Positions 30,471 through 39,895 of a stretch of 64,000 nt of DNA are shown piece after piece. This stretch comes from Candidatus Nanopelagicaceae bacterium (GTDB lineage Bacteria; Actinomycetota; Actinomycetes; Nanopelagicales; Nanopelagicaceae): contig VERG01000001.1 in NCBI GenBank assembly GCA_018882885.1, positions 17,872 to 81,871 on the forward strand, in the 5' to 3' direction. The position numbers and the translations under genes were made by a program. The notes below the pieces were generated by a model, which searched no databases, was not told the origin of the DNA, and saw only the letters and a list, made by a program, of their open reading frames with translations. Positions within the stretch are counted from its first letter, which is position 1, and each line of letters starts with the position of its first letter.

Positions 30471-31249
30471 CCCGCAGTTGCGAAGTATCTATTGCCATCA
30501 AAATGAAGCTTTAAATCAACTCCGAAAACCTGACGCAAATTTCCGGCTGTTAAGACCTCAGATATAACTCCGGAATATGCCACTTTGCCATCTTTCAGAA
30601 GAAGGGCATGTGTCGTGCCAGCAGGAATCTCTTCAATGTGGTGGGTAACTATGATGGTAACCGGTGCGGATTCATCACTGGTGTAGGCGGTAATCCTAGA
30701 AAGAATGTCCTCACGGCCTCCGAGATCTAATCCAGCAGCTGGTTCATCAAGAAGCAAAATCTCCGGATCGGCCATTAAGGCTCGAGAGATTTGAACCCGC
30801 TTTTTCTCCCCTTCGCTTAATGTTCCGAAATAGCGTTCAACTAACTCTCTAACTCCAAAAGTATTTAGAAGAGCCTTTGCCCTTGATTCGTCCCACAAGT
30901 CATACTCCTCCTGCCACCTTCCTGCAATCGCGTAGGCCGAGGTTAAAACAACATCAATTACCTTTTCATCTCCTGGCAAGAGCTCCAACATGGCACTTGA
31001 AGTAAAACCTATCCGAGGCCTTAGTTCAAAAACATCTACTGCGCCCATTTTTTCATTAAGGATTGTCACTGTTCCTTTCGTGGGATGAGTAAGTGCAGCC
31101 GCCAGTTGTAACAAAGTGGTTTTTCCAGCTCCGTTGGGACCAAGAATTACCCACTTCTCTCCTTCAGAGACCTGCCATGAAATGGGACCCAAAATACATT
31201 TGTTGGAACGATGTACCTCTACATTTGAGAGGCTCAGAACCGGCTCCAT
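30467..31249 (-). CDS. ABC transporter ATP-binding protein with no adjacent permease (ModF/YlmA-like orphan ATPase)
   Basis: Walker A GPNGAGKTT, signature LSEGEKKR, Walker B LLLDEPAAGLD and H-loop VTHH. Its stop overlaps the ung ATG (ATGA). Confidence 0.9.
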   Translation of the reverse strand: MEPVLSLSNVEVHRSNKCILGPISWQVSEGEKWVILGPNGAGKTTLLQLAAALTHPTKGTVTILNEKMGAVDVFELRPRIGFTSSAMLELLPGDEKVIDVVLTSAYAIAGRWQEEYDLWDESRAKALLNTFGVRELVERYFGTLSEGEKKRVQISRALMADPEILLLDEPAAGLDLGGREDILSRITAYTSDESAPVTIIVTHHIEEIPAGTTHALLLKDGKVAYSGVISEVLTAGNLRQVFGVDLKLHFDGNRYFATAG

Positions 31250-31298
31250 AGGTGGCGAAGATACACTTTCACTGAGAGTTTTTCGCTAAAATTACGAA

Positions 31299-31583
31299 GT
31301 GAGCCATGACCCAGATTCAAAAAATGCAGCCTTGGGCTCCTTCAAAGGAAGCGCGATAGTTCTGATAAGTGGCAATAGTGGCCCTGATGTAATTCAAAAA
31401 GCATTGAATATTCTCTCCGAATATAATCTCAAGATAGTAGATCAACAAAGCATAAATATGGCAGGTCGGCTAATCGCTGCTGTCCAAATCGAATTCGACC
31501 CAGCGCACGCAGACGCTATCGAACGGGAATTACTTTCCACGATGAAGCCTTTCGGTCTTGATATCGCCTTAGAAGTATTATGA
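31299..31583 (+). CDS. ACT domain protein (stand-alone homologue of the SerB N-terminal regulatory domain)
   Basis: 94 aa with a beta-alpha-beta-beta-alpha-beta-like pattern (AIVLISGNSGPDVIQKALNILSEYNLKIVDQQS...). It resembles ACT1 of mycobacterial SerB2 and overlaps serB by ATGA. Confidence 0.65.
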   Translation: MSHDPDSKNAALGSFKGSAIVLISGNSGPDVIQKALNILSEYNLKIVDQQSINMAGRLIAAVQIEFDPAHADAIERELLSTMKPFGLDIALEVL

Positions 31584-32206
31584 GTTTCCAACTCGCGATT
31601 TTTGATGTCGATTCAACACTAATTCAACAAGAGGTAATCGATCTCCTCGCTTCCTATACCGAACATGGAGCCGAAGTTTCTAAGATTACTGAAGCGGCAA
31701 TGCGAGGGCAGTTAGATTTCGATCAGGCACTAAGCCAGCGAGTAAGTCTGCTTGAAGGTTTATCAGAGAGTGTTTTTCATGAGGTTCTAACCCAAATCTC
31801 ATTTTCAAATGGTGCTATAGAGCTAATCAAGGAGTTGAAGAGCAGGGAATACAAGGTAGGAGTTGTTTCTGGCGGTTTCCACAATGTGATAGATCTTCTT
31901 GTGAAAGATCTCCATCTTGATTTTGTCCGAGCAAACTACCTCGAAGTTAGTGATGGGATTATTACCGGCAGAACCGTTGGACCAATCATTAATAGGCGTG
32001 CCAAGGCCGAAGCGCTAATGGAGTTTTCGGCTCGACACCAAATCAATTTGGAGAACACAATCGCAATTGGTGATGGCTCAAATGATATTGAAATGATAAA
32101 GATTGCCGGACTAGGTTTTAGCTACAAGGGTAAACCTGCCCTAAATGACGCTGCAGATATATGTATCACAGAGGATGATTTGCGATTAATTCTCAACTAC
32201 TTATAA
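31580..32206 (+). CDS. serB: Phosphoserine phosphatase (HAD-IB)
   Basis: Motif I FDVDSTLIQQEVID, motif II VSGGF and motif IV GDGSNDIEM. Confidence 0.85.
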   Translation: MSFQLAIFDVDSTLIQQEVIDLLASYTEHGAEVSKITEAAMRGQLDFDQALSQRVSLLEGLSESVFHEVLTQISFSNGAIELIKELKSREYKVGVVSGGFHNVIDLLVKDLHLDFVRANYLEVSDGIITGRTVGPIINRRAKAEALMEFSARHQINLENTIAIGDGSNDIEMIKIAGLGFSYKGKPALNDAADICITEDDLRLILNYL

Positions 32207-32218
32207 AAGTAGATGCAT

Positions 32219-33052
32219 TTATAGACGGCAGGAGTGAATATCGGTAACCAATATTCCGCGCGCACCTAGATCCCATAACTTATCCATGATGTCATGAACA
32301 TCAGATCTCTTGACCATTGCTCGAACAGCGACCCAATCTTCTTTTTGCAGAGGCGAAATAGTGGGAGACTCCAATCCTGGTGTTAGGCGACAAGCCTCTT
32401 CCAAGTTGATCTTCTTAACATCGTAATCGACCAAGACATACTGTCTAGCGATAACGACACTACCGATACGGCGAATCATGGTTTCTGCTTTGCTGTCTCG
32501 AACCGCGCCTGACCGTTCAATCAGTATCGCTTCGCTACGCAAGATTTCCTCACCGAATACCTGCAAACCTGCTTGCTTTAAAGTGTTTCCAGTCGACACA
32601 ACATCTGCGATTACATCCGCTACACCCAATTTAATTGCACCCTCTACCGCACCATCCAATGGAACAACAGTTGCAGAGATCTCTCTACTTTTCAGGAAAT
32701 TTTGTACAAGATTAGGGTAGGCGGTAGCGACCTTCTTTCCTTGTAAAGTTTCCTTCCCAGGAATTGCAGCAAAGCGAAAGAGGCTCTTGCCAAAATCCAA
32801 ACTCATAACCTCCGAAGCAGCAGCCTCTGAATCCAACAATAAGTCGCGACCAGTAATTCCAATATTCAACTCACCAGAACCTACATAGATGGCAATGTCC
32901 CTGGGTCGCAAGTAATAAAACTCAACCTCATTAGTAGGATCTATATAGCTGAGATCCCTCTGGTCACTTCTTTGTCGATATCCAGCTTCACGTAAAATCT
33001 CGGCAGCTGACTCTGCCAACGATCCCTTATTTGGTAAAGCTACCTTTAACAT
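32219..33052 (-). CDS. hisG: ATP phosphoribosyltransferase (long form)
   Basis: MLKVALPNKGSL N-terminus, PRPP loop DVVSTGNTL and a C-terminal regulatory domain (277 aa). Confidence 0.93.
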   Translation of the reverse strand: MLKVALPNKGSLAESAAEILREAGYRQRSDQRDLSYIDPTNEVEFYYLRPRDIAIYVGSGELNIGITGRDLLLDSEAAASEVMSLDFGKSLFRFAAIPGKETLQGKKVATAYPNLVQNFLKSREISATVVPLDGAVEGAIKLGVADVIADVVSTGNTLKQAGLQVFGEEILRSEAILIERSGAVRDSKAETMIRRIGSVVIARQYVLVDYDVKKINLEEACRLTPGLESPTISPLQKEDWVAVRAMVKRSDVHDIMDKLWDLGARGILVTDIHSCRL

Positions 33053-33065
33053 CTAACTCCCCTTT

Positions 33066-33335
33066 TTATAATTTCTCGTAGATATCATTTAGGGATAGCC
33101 CTCGTGCCAACATCAAAACTTGAAGGTGATACAACAACTGGCTAATTTCAGTAGCCAACGCCTCATTATCCTCATGTTCAGCAGCTAACCAAACCTCTCC
33201 AGCTTCTTCCAAAACTTTCTTGCCAATTGCATGAACACCCGCATCCAATTGTTTAACTGTTCCAGATCCCTCTGGTCTAGTTGAAGCAATTTCCTGGAGT
33301 TGTTTCCACAGCTGCTCAAAACTCTTGGATGTCAT
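33066..33335 (-). CDS. hisE: Phosphoribosyl-ATP pyrophosphatase
   Basis: 89 aa MazG-like helical protein ([11 protein letters not shown]...[18 protein letters not shown]...[12 protein letters not shown]), upstream of hisG. Confidence 0.9.
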   Translation of the reverse strand: MTSKSFEQLWKQLQEIASTRPEGSGTVKQLDAGVHAIGKKVLEEAGEVWLAAEHEDNEALATEISQLLYHLQVLMLARGLSLNDIYEKL

Positions 33336-33383
33336 AGTGCAGAGTCTACCAACTGTGAAGTTATCAATGAGTTGATATATTGC

Positions 33384-34040
33384 TTACGACAAGGCCTCTT
33401 GCCTTAAAAGCTCAATCATTTCGCCAGGATTCTCCGCACGATATACCGCAGAACCTGCCACGAATGTATCTGCACCTGCTTGATAGGCGGTTCGGATTGT
33501 TTCCAAAGAAATACCACCATCTACCTGAATCCATTTATCATTAAAACCTTTATCGCGTAGCCAACTTCGAGCTTTCTCGACTTTCGGCATCATCTCAGTC
33601 ATGAACTTCTGCCCACCAAAACCCGGTTCCACCGTCATCACTAGAATCATGTCGATATCGGGCAACAACTCTTCCACTGCCTCTATTGGAGTGTTCGGCT
33701 TTACTGCCAAACCCGCTCTAACCCCTTTATGTTTGATATCTCTAAGAGTTTGCTGAGGGTTATGGCAGGCCTCAAAATGAACGGTAATACTGGCGGTATT
33801 AGCTGCCACGAACTTGATTGCCTCGCTATCCGGATTGGCTATCATTAAATGAACGTCAACGGGTAAGGCCGATTGGTTGATTATTTCCAGAGATTTCTCT
33901 AAATCAAAGGTGAAGTTTGGGACAAAAACATTGTCCATAACATCCAGGTGTAGTAAATCTGCCTGTGCAGCGACTCGCTGAATCTCATTAGGAAGATCAT
34001 CAAAATTCGCATTTAGGATGCTGGGACAGATTCGGATCAA
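33384..34040 (-). CDS. rpe: Ribulose-phosphate 3-epimerase
   Basis: PSILNANF, HLDVMDNVFVPN, MTVEPGFGGQKF and VDGGI. Confidence 0.95.
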   Translation of the reverse strand: MIRICPSILNANFDDLPNEIQRVAAQADLLHLDVMDNVFVPNFTFDLEKSLEIINQSALPVDVHLMIANPDSEAIKFVAANTASITVHFEACHNPQQTLRDIKHKGVRAGLAVKPNTPIEAVEELLPDIDMILVMTVEPGFGGQKFMTEMMPKVEKARSWLRDKGFNDKWIQVDGGISLETIRTAYQAGADTFVAGSAVYRAENPGEMIELLRQEALS

Positions 34041-34044
34041 GTTA

Positions 34045-35334
34045 TCACCCTTTCTTCTGAAGCAGAGCTAGAAACATAGCATCACAATTATCTTTATGAG
34101 TCCACAATTGCAATAGACCATCTTTATCCGCTCTTGGATGCGTTATAGGTCGGATTTCAAATTCCGGATGCCGTTTGAGAAATGATCTCACCTGAAAGAC
34201 AGTCTCCGCTTGGTGTGGACTGCAGGTTGCATAGGCTATTACTCCATACGGATTTACTTTGTCAGCTGCCGAATCCAACAACTCAGATTGCAGCTCTACA
34301 AGCTCTTTCAAACCTTGGACTGTGCGACGCCATCGCACCTCTGGTCTACGACGCAGTGCCCCAATTCCCGTGCATGGCGCGTCAATCAAAATACGATCAA
34401 AGGTACCAATTGAATCTGGCAACTCTCGACCATCAAAATTGGTTACTGATCCATATTTCACAACCTGTTTGACCAGATTCGCACGAGCTTCCGATACCTC
34501 ATTTGCTACGAACTCTCCCCCTTTTTGAGAAAGAAGTGCGGAGAGATAAGCAGCCTTACCTCCCGGTCCAGCACAAAGATCCAGCCATCTTAAATTTCCT
34601 GCAAAACTCTTGAAGAGCTCCTCTACTAAGAGTTGTGAACCATAATCTTGCACGCCTGCTCGTCTCTCGCGCACTGCTGGCAAATCTCCCGGGTTTCCAT
34701 CATAACTAACTGCATTTTGAGACCCTACTAAATCTGTAGCGCCTCCATCTATAAGTTCATCTTTGGTAGATTGACCAGGCCAGGCAATTAATGTTGGTTT
34801 TGCCGGTGAATTGTTAGCAATAAGAAGGTTAACAACCTGTTCTACATCTTTCAAACTATCCAGGTAAGAGCTAACAATCCATTCCGGATGGGAATACTCG
34901 CCCGCTAATTTAGATACTTCATCGCCCTGCCATTGAATGCTCTCCATCTCAGACACGCGGCGTAAAACCGCATTAACAAAACTAGCCGTTGATCTCCCTA
35001 AAACTCTTTTTCCTAACTCAACGCTTTCAAAAATCGCAGCATGAGTCGGGGTTCGCATTTGTTTAAGTTGATGAATGCCCATACGCAGCACTATCAAAGC
35101 TTTAGCATCGATGGCCACCAAATCTCTATCACTTACTCTTTGTATGAAATGATCATAAAGACCCTTCATTCGAAGGGTGCCGTAGACCAATTCAGTAGCC
35201 AACGCCTTGTCGCTCTTGGACATTTGACTAGATGCAAGATATTTAGGCAATAAAAGATTGCTGTACTCATTCTTTAACTCAACTTCGGCGAGAACCTCGA
35301 AGGCTAGAACACGGGGATTATTTACTTGACGCAT
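34045..35334 (-). CDS. rsmB: 16S rRNA (cytosine-C5)-methyltransferase RsmB/Sun
   Basis: NusB-like N-terminal domain, SAM motif DLCAGPGGKA, and catalytic PC (DAPCTGIG) and TC (YATCS) motifs. It lies in the conserved fmt-rsmB-rpe order. Confidence 0.85.
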   Translation of the reverse strand: MRQVNNPRVLAFEVLAEVELKNEYSNLLLPKYLASSQMSKSDKALATELVYGTLRMKGLYDHFIQRVSDRDLVAIDAKALIVLRMGIHQLKQMRTPTHAAIFESVELGKRVLGRSTASFVNAVLRRVSEMESIQWQGDEVSKLAGEYSHPEWIVSSYLDSLKDVEQVVNLLIANNSPAKPTLIAWPGQSTKDELIDGGATDLVGSQNAVSYDGNPGDLPAVRERRAGVQDYGSQLLVEELFKSFAGNLRWLDLCAGPGGKAAYLSALLSQKGGEFVANEVSEARANLVKQVVKYGSVTNFDGRELPDSIGTFDRILIDAPCTGIGALRRRPEVRWRRTVQGLKELVELQSELLDSAADKVNPYGVIAYATCSPHQAETVFQVRSFLKRHPEFEIRPITHPRADKDGLLQLWTHKDNCDAMFLALLQKKG

Positions 35335-35337
35335 GTC

Positions 35338-36261
35338 TTAGGAAATATCAAAACGGAGATGTTCTTTATTCTGGATACCACGAATCCATTCCATGGCCAA
35401 CATCTCCTTCTTTCCCTCTGGTTTCACTTTTTTAAGGAGTAATGCACCATTTCCACATTTCACTAGAACTTCGTTGCCAATTTGTAGTGTTCCAACTGGA
35501 AGCAGATTATCTACCTCTAGATCCGCAATCTGTGCTTCCAAAATCAAAATATGCTTTCCATTTAGTCGACTCCAAGCGCCGGGCCATGGGGAAAAGGCTC
35601 GCACTTTTCGCTCTATGGCGCAGACATCATCTGACCAAGTAATCATTCCATCACTTTTAGAAATCTTTGGCGCCAAAGTGGCACCTTCAGAGTTTTGCAC
35701 TACCGGCTCTTCTCCCGCTGCAATCTTAACAATTGACTCTTCAAGAGGTTGTATCGCTAATTCACTTAGTGTTGCTAAAAGATCTCCTGCTGATTCGCTC
35801 CGCTGTAAACCATACTCCTTGATGGCATAAATGGGACCGGTATCAACTCCCTTCTCCAACTTAAAAACTGTAACACCACTTACTTTATCCCCGTTGAGAA
35901 TAGTGAACTGAACGGGCGCTGCGCCTCGCCAACGGGGTAATAAAGAGAAATGAATGTTTAACCAACCATGTGTCGGGATAGATAATTGATGCTGCTTTAT
36001 CAACCGACCATATGCAGCGGTTATGACCAAATCAGGTTTTATTTCTCCAAGTGCAGATTCGAGCTCGATATCATTTGAGGGCTTAAAGACAGTCAAATTT
36101 TGGCCTGAACAATAATCGGCGAAATCGTTAGCCATAAGAGTTCGTCCTCGCCCTGTGGGTTTATCTGGCCCAGTAAGAACAAACCTCAGATTGTGATTGA
36201 CAACCAAGTAATTGAGAACTGGAATGGCAACTTTTGAGGATGAAGCCAGAACAATATTCAA
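35338..36261 (-). CDS. fmt: Methionyl-tRNA formyltransferase
   Basis: HFSLLPRWRGAAPVQ formyltransferase motif plus a C-terminal OB-like domain, downstream of def. Confidence 0.93.
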   Translation of the reverse strand: MNIVLASSSKVAIPVLNYLVVNHNLRFVLTGPDKPTGRGRTLMANDFADYCSGQNLTVFKPSNDIELESALGEIKPDLVITAAYGRLIKQHQLSIPTHGWLNIHFSLLPRWRGAAPVQFTILNGDKVSGVTVFKLEKGVDTGPIYAIKEYGLQRSESAGDLLATLSELAIQPLEESIVKIAAGEEPVVQNSEGATLAPKISKSDGMITWSDDVCAIERKVRAFSPWPGAWSRLNGKHILILEAQIADLEVDNLLPVGTLQIGNEVLVKCGNGALLLKKVKPEGKKEMLAMEWIRGIQNKEHLRFDIS

Positions 36262-36270
36262 AGAGACCTA

Positions 36271-36831
36271 CTAAATATTTCTTCCAAATGTCGAATGCGG
36301 CGAAACCTTTATTTCCGGAGAGATTCCGGATGACTCTGCTGACATAAACCACTCGGAAGAGCGAATATCTTTCATGGCCTGCTTTCGCATTTCACTAGGA
36401 AGTCGATCGATGAACAGCACTCCGTTCAAATGATCCGTTTCGTGTTGCAACGCGCGAGCCAGAAACTCAGTACCTTCAACAACTATAGGCTCACCATGCA
36501 TGTTCCAACCTTTGGCTACCGCTCTATATGCGCGGGGCGTTTCATAACTTAAGTCTGGGAATGACAGGCAACCTTCTTCCCCATCTTGCATCTCATCACT
36601 TAAATCAAGGGTCGGATTAACGAGATGTCCAAACTCTTCATTTACATGCCAAACAAACACTCGCAGAGGCACTCCGATTTGCGGGGCAGCTAGACCTGCT
36701 CCTGGGGCATCAATCATCGTATCGGTCAAATCTTTGACCAAACTCCGCAACTCTTTATCGAAATCAATTACTGGAAGCGCAGGGCTTGTGAGTACCGGAT
36801 CTCCAAAATATCTGATGGGTTGAATCGCCAT
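36271..36831 (-). CDS. def: Peptide deformylase
   Basis: All three motifs are present: GLAAPQIG, EGCLSFP and HETDHL. Confidence 0.95.
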   Translation of the reverse strand: MAIQPIRYFGDPVLTSPALPVIDFDKELRSLVKDLTDTMIDAPGAGLAAPQIGVPLRVFVWHVNEEFGHLVNPTLDLSDEMQDGEEGCLSFPDLSYETPRAYRAVAKGWNMHGEPIVVEGTEFLARALQHETDHLNGVLFIDRLPSEMRKQAMKDIRSSEWFMSAESSGISPEIKVSPHSTFGRNI

Positions 36832-36850
36832 GAGCGAATTCTACCTGTTA

Positions 36851-38695
36851 TCAGAGGTAATAGGGATCCACCCTCATCGATAAGAGTTCCTTGCCGCTGG
36901 AAGAGCGCAATTTCTGCAAAGCCTTCAATGCCTGCAATACCTTAGGCGCTGCCTCTTGATTCACCTTGATTGTTAATCGGGTTCCTGATTTAGAGACAAA
37001 ACACTTTGTTACATTACCAAATTCTTTATCTAACTTATTTCGTAAACCAGATATGGATCGCAATTCCCCCTCTATCTGAATAACTCTCACAAATGGCGGT
37101 AACTTCGCTTCCTCACGATCTCTACTGAGAAATTGCATAAACTTCGATGGCTTTCCGGAAATAATTGCCTGCGAAATCTGATGTGATGCAGTAAGAGAGA
37201 TGAAAATCTCTGCATCGACCTTACCCAGGTTAATTGCCTTCAACCACAGATTGAAAAGCTCCTCCTCTGCCCTGATGAACTGTCGAGCTAACATCTCTTC
37301 CCCATCTAGAAGAATAATTGCGGCATGACCGGACTCAACTCTAGTCATCGTTGTATATGAGGAAACAACGATGCATTTTCCATTTAGCTCTGGTTTAGAA
37401 TCGTCATCTGATGTTGCCAGTATGACGCGTTGTCCGGGAAAAGCTTTCCCTATTTCTTCCACAAACTTCCGTGCTCCGCTGCGATATATAAGGTATTGAG
37501 TGGACCGACATTCGATACATCGCCAATCTTTCAAAGCTAAATCGCAGATTGAACAACTTACTTCCGATTTATCTTTCATAGAGAGTAACCCGCCGCATTT
37601 ACAACGGGCCCTATTTCTGCAGTTTCTACATACAAAGCCTGGCGCATAATCCTTTGCTGCTAAGCAGATCAGAACTGAACCTCTCTCTAAGCCTTTACGG
37701 ATAACTCCAAAATAGCTCTCCGGAACTGTATGAACTCTTCTTGTGAGAATTGGCGAACTATTAGTCGCTGCGAGCTTTACCCATTTCAACTCAATCAATC
37801 TATGTAGTTCGACCGAGCATCCGTTTCCAAAGAATACTAAATCGCTGCCTTCCGCCTCCGCACGAAGGAGAGCGACATCTCGTAGATTCCAATAAGGTGC
37901 TCTTTGCTCTGTGTAGTGAACCGAACCTTCGTCCAATATGTAAATTCGTGATAAGTCACGAATTGGCCTCAAGATCGCACTACGCAATCCAAGTATCACT
38001 AAGTTCTCACGAGTCAGAAGCTTTTCAAAGGCTGCGCGCTGTTGAGCAATAGAAGTATGCGTGCCAAGCTCTACATATTCTGTCTCGAATCCTCGACCAA
38101 TTACCTCACGAAACTCTTCAAGAGCTTTTGCGGTTGGGAAAAGCAATAATGTCGAGCCTCCATCATCATGAGCAGTTCTAAGCCTATGAAGCATTTCTTG
38201 GTAAGGGCTGGTTCCAATAGCAATAGGAACAAAGAGTCGCTGCGTAGATCTTTTTTTGCCAATCCTATTTGAAAGAGCCGTTGCACTATATTCTTTGGTT
38301 TTGCTTAATGGCGGGAGAGCTTTAAGTAGAATTTCACTCAGATTACATAAATATCTCTCAGCTACTTTCTCGAAGAAACCTATTTGCTCGGCGCTGAAAA
38401 CACTCGTAGCCCGTATGGTTTCGATACTTAACAAGTCCCGCTTTATTCGCGGGTCAATACTCAAAACTACTCCAGTATGTTTCGCATTTCTAAAGGTCAC
38501 TTGAACGACACTTCCAACAGAGATTCTTTCTTTATGTTGCTCTGGAATAGCGTATGTAAAGCTATGTTCAACGTGATAAATCCCTAGATCTAAAACTACC
38601 TCGGCCTGCAAGTCCCCAGGTTTAATCTCTGTTGCTCTACGGGCTGTTGCTTTAGCTCGCTGTTGTTTTAAGTTAAGTGGCTTTACATTTGCCAC
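36851..38695 (-). CDS. priA: Primosomal protein N' (PriA), with degenerate helicase motifs
   Basis: Collinear with PriA, including the N-terminal 3'-DNA-binding domain and the Cys-rich region (CRNCRNRARCKCGG...CSICD...CIECRS). Walker A is replaced by IGTSPY, DEEH by DEGS and SAT by GNG. It sits in the conserved metK-priA-def position. Confidence 0.8.
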   Translation of the reverse strand: MANVKPLNLKQQRAKATARRATEIKPGDLQAEVVLDLGIYHVEHSFTYAIPEQHKERISVGSVVQVTFRNAKHTGVVLSIDPRIKRDLLSIETIRATSVFSAEQIGFFEKVAERYLCNLSEILLKALPPLSKTKEYSATALSNRIGKKRSTQRLFVPIAIGTSPYQEMLHRLRTAHDDGGSTLLLFPTAKALEEFREVIGRGFETEYVELGTHTSIAQQRAAFEKLLTRENLVILGLRSAILRPIRDLSRIYILDEGSVHYTEQRAPYWNLRDVALLRAEAEGSDLVFFGNGCSVELHRLIELKWVKLAATNSSPILTRRVHTVPESYFGVIRKGLERGSVLICLAAKDYAPGFVCRNCRNRARCKCGGLLSMKDKSEVSCSICDLALKDWRCIECRSTQYLIYRSGARKFVEEIGKAFPGQRVILATSDDDSKPELNGKCIVVSSYTTMTRVESGHAAIILLDGEEMLARQFIRAEEELFNLWLKAINLGKVDAEIFISLTASHQISQAIISGKPSKFMQFLSRDREEAKLPPFVRVIQIEGELRSISGLRNKLDKEFGNVTKCFVSKSGTRLTIKVNQEAAPKVLQALKALQKLRSSSGKELLSMRVDPYYL

Positions 38696-38701
38696 AGTGA
38701 A

Positions 38702-39895
38702 CTAACCTTTGATTACTTTGAGAAGTTCAGCTGCCTTGTCAGTCTTTTCCCAAGTGAACTCAGGTAACTCGCGACCAAAATGGCCATAGGCACTAGTTTT
38801 TGAGTAGATAGGGCGGAGTAAATTCAATTGCTGGATTATCGCCCCGGGACGTAAATCAAAGACCGATAGCACTGCATCTGAGATTTGATTGACTGGAACC
38901 GTTTCAGTACCAAAGGTTTCTACAAATAGACCTACCGGTTGAGCTTTACCGATTGCATATGCCACTTGGACCTCGCAGCGCGTAGCTAACCCAGAAGCAA
39001 CAATGTTTTTTGCTACCCAACGCATGGCATAAGCAGCAGAGCGATCAACCTTGGAAGGATCTTTACCGCTAAATGCTCCGCCTCCGTGACGGGCCATACC
39101 ACCATAACTGTCAACGATAATCTTTCGGCCGGTAAGTCCGGCATCACCCATAGGTCCACCTATGACAAAACGACCGGTTGGATTTACTAAGTATCGAACC
39201 TCTTTGGTAGGTATATCAAAACTTTCGATTACCGGCTTGATCACAAACTCAGTTATTTCCGGAGTTAACGTCCTTTCAATATCAACCTCAGCGGCATGTT
39301 GGGATGATATTACGACTGTGTTTAGCGCTACAGGCTTGTCACCGTCATACTCAATGGTCACCTGGGTTTTTCCATCCGGTCTTAAATAGGACAGCTGTCC
39401 AGACTTACGCACCTCGGTCAACCTTTCAGCAAGACGATGCGCCATAGCGATAGGTAATGGCATGAGAGTTTTTGTATCGCTGTTAGCGTAACCAAACATG
39501 AGACCCTGGTCGCCGGCGCCTTGTAAATCAAAGGGGTCCTTGGAATTCGAAACCCGCTCCTCCAGAGCATGATCAACACCAACAGCAATATCTTGAGATT
39601 GCTGTCCTATAGATACAGAAACGCCACAACTATTGCCATCAAAGCCTTTATCTGAGCTGTCGTATCCGATATTCAATACGGTTTGACGCACTAACTCATT
39701 CACATCTGCAAATCCATTTGTCGTAATTTCACCGGCGACATGGACCTGACCAGTAGTTATCAAGGTTTCGCAGGCAACGCGACTCTTAGCATCCTGTGCC
39801 AGTAATGAATCCAATACCGCATCAGAAATTGCATCGGCTATTTTGTCGGGATGGCCTTCAGTCACAGATTCAGATGTGAACAATCTTTTAGCCAT
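38702..39895 (-). CDS. metK: S-adenosylmethionine synthase
   Basis: [24 protein letters not shown] and [16 protein letters not shown]. Confidence 0.97.
   Translation of the reverse strand: MAKRLFTSESVTEGHPDKIADAISDAVLDSLLAQDAKSRVACETLITTGQVHVAGEITTNGFADVNELVRQTVLNIGYDSSDKGFDGNSCGVSVSIGQQSQDIAVGVDHALEERVSNSKDPFDLQGAGDQGLMFGYANSDTKTLMPLPIAMAHRLAERLTEVRKSGQLSYLRPDGKTQVTIEYDGDKPVALNTVVISSQHAAEVDIERTLTPEITEFVIKPVIESFDIPTKEVRYLVNPTGRFVIGGPMGDAGLTGRKIIVDSYGGMARHGGGAFSGKDPSKVDRSAAYAMRWVAKNIVASGLATRCEVQVAYAIGKAQPVGLFVETFGTETVPVNQISDAVLSVFDLRPGAIIQQLNLLRPIYSKTSAYGHFGRELPEFTWEKTDKAAELLKVIKG

Noticed and set aside
35393-35830. 145-aa ORF antisense to fmt. Similar antisense ORFs lie at 11673-12074 (pafB), 15705-16085 (metH), 45881-46294 (carB), 51171-51584 (pyrB/pyrR), 12367-12651 (FKBP) and 25384-25692 (tdk).
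   Set aside because: All lie entirely within, and opposite to, well-supported conserved genes. They have Ser/Arg/Pro-rich composition and no motifs I recognise, so they are treated as non-coding shadows.
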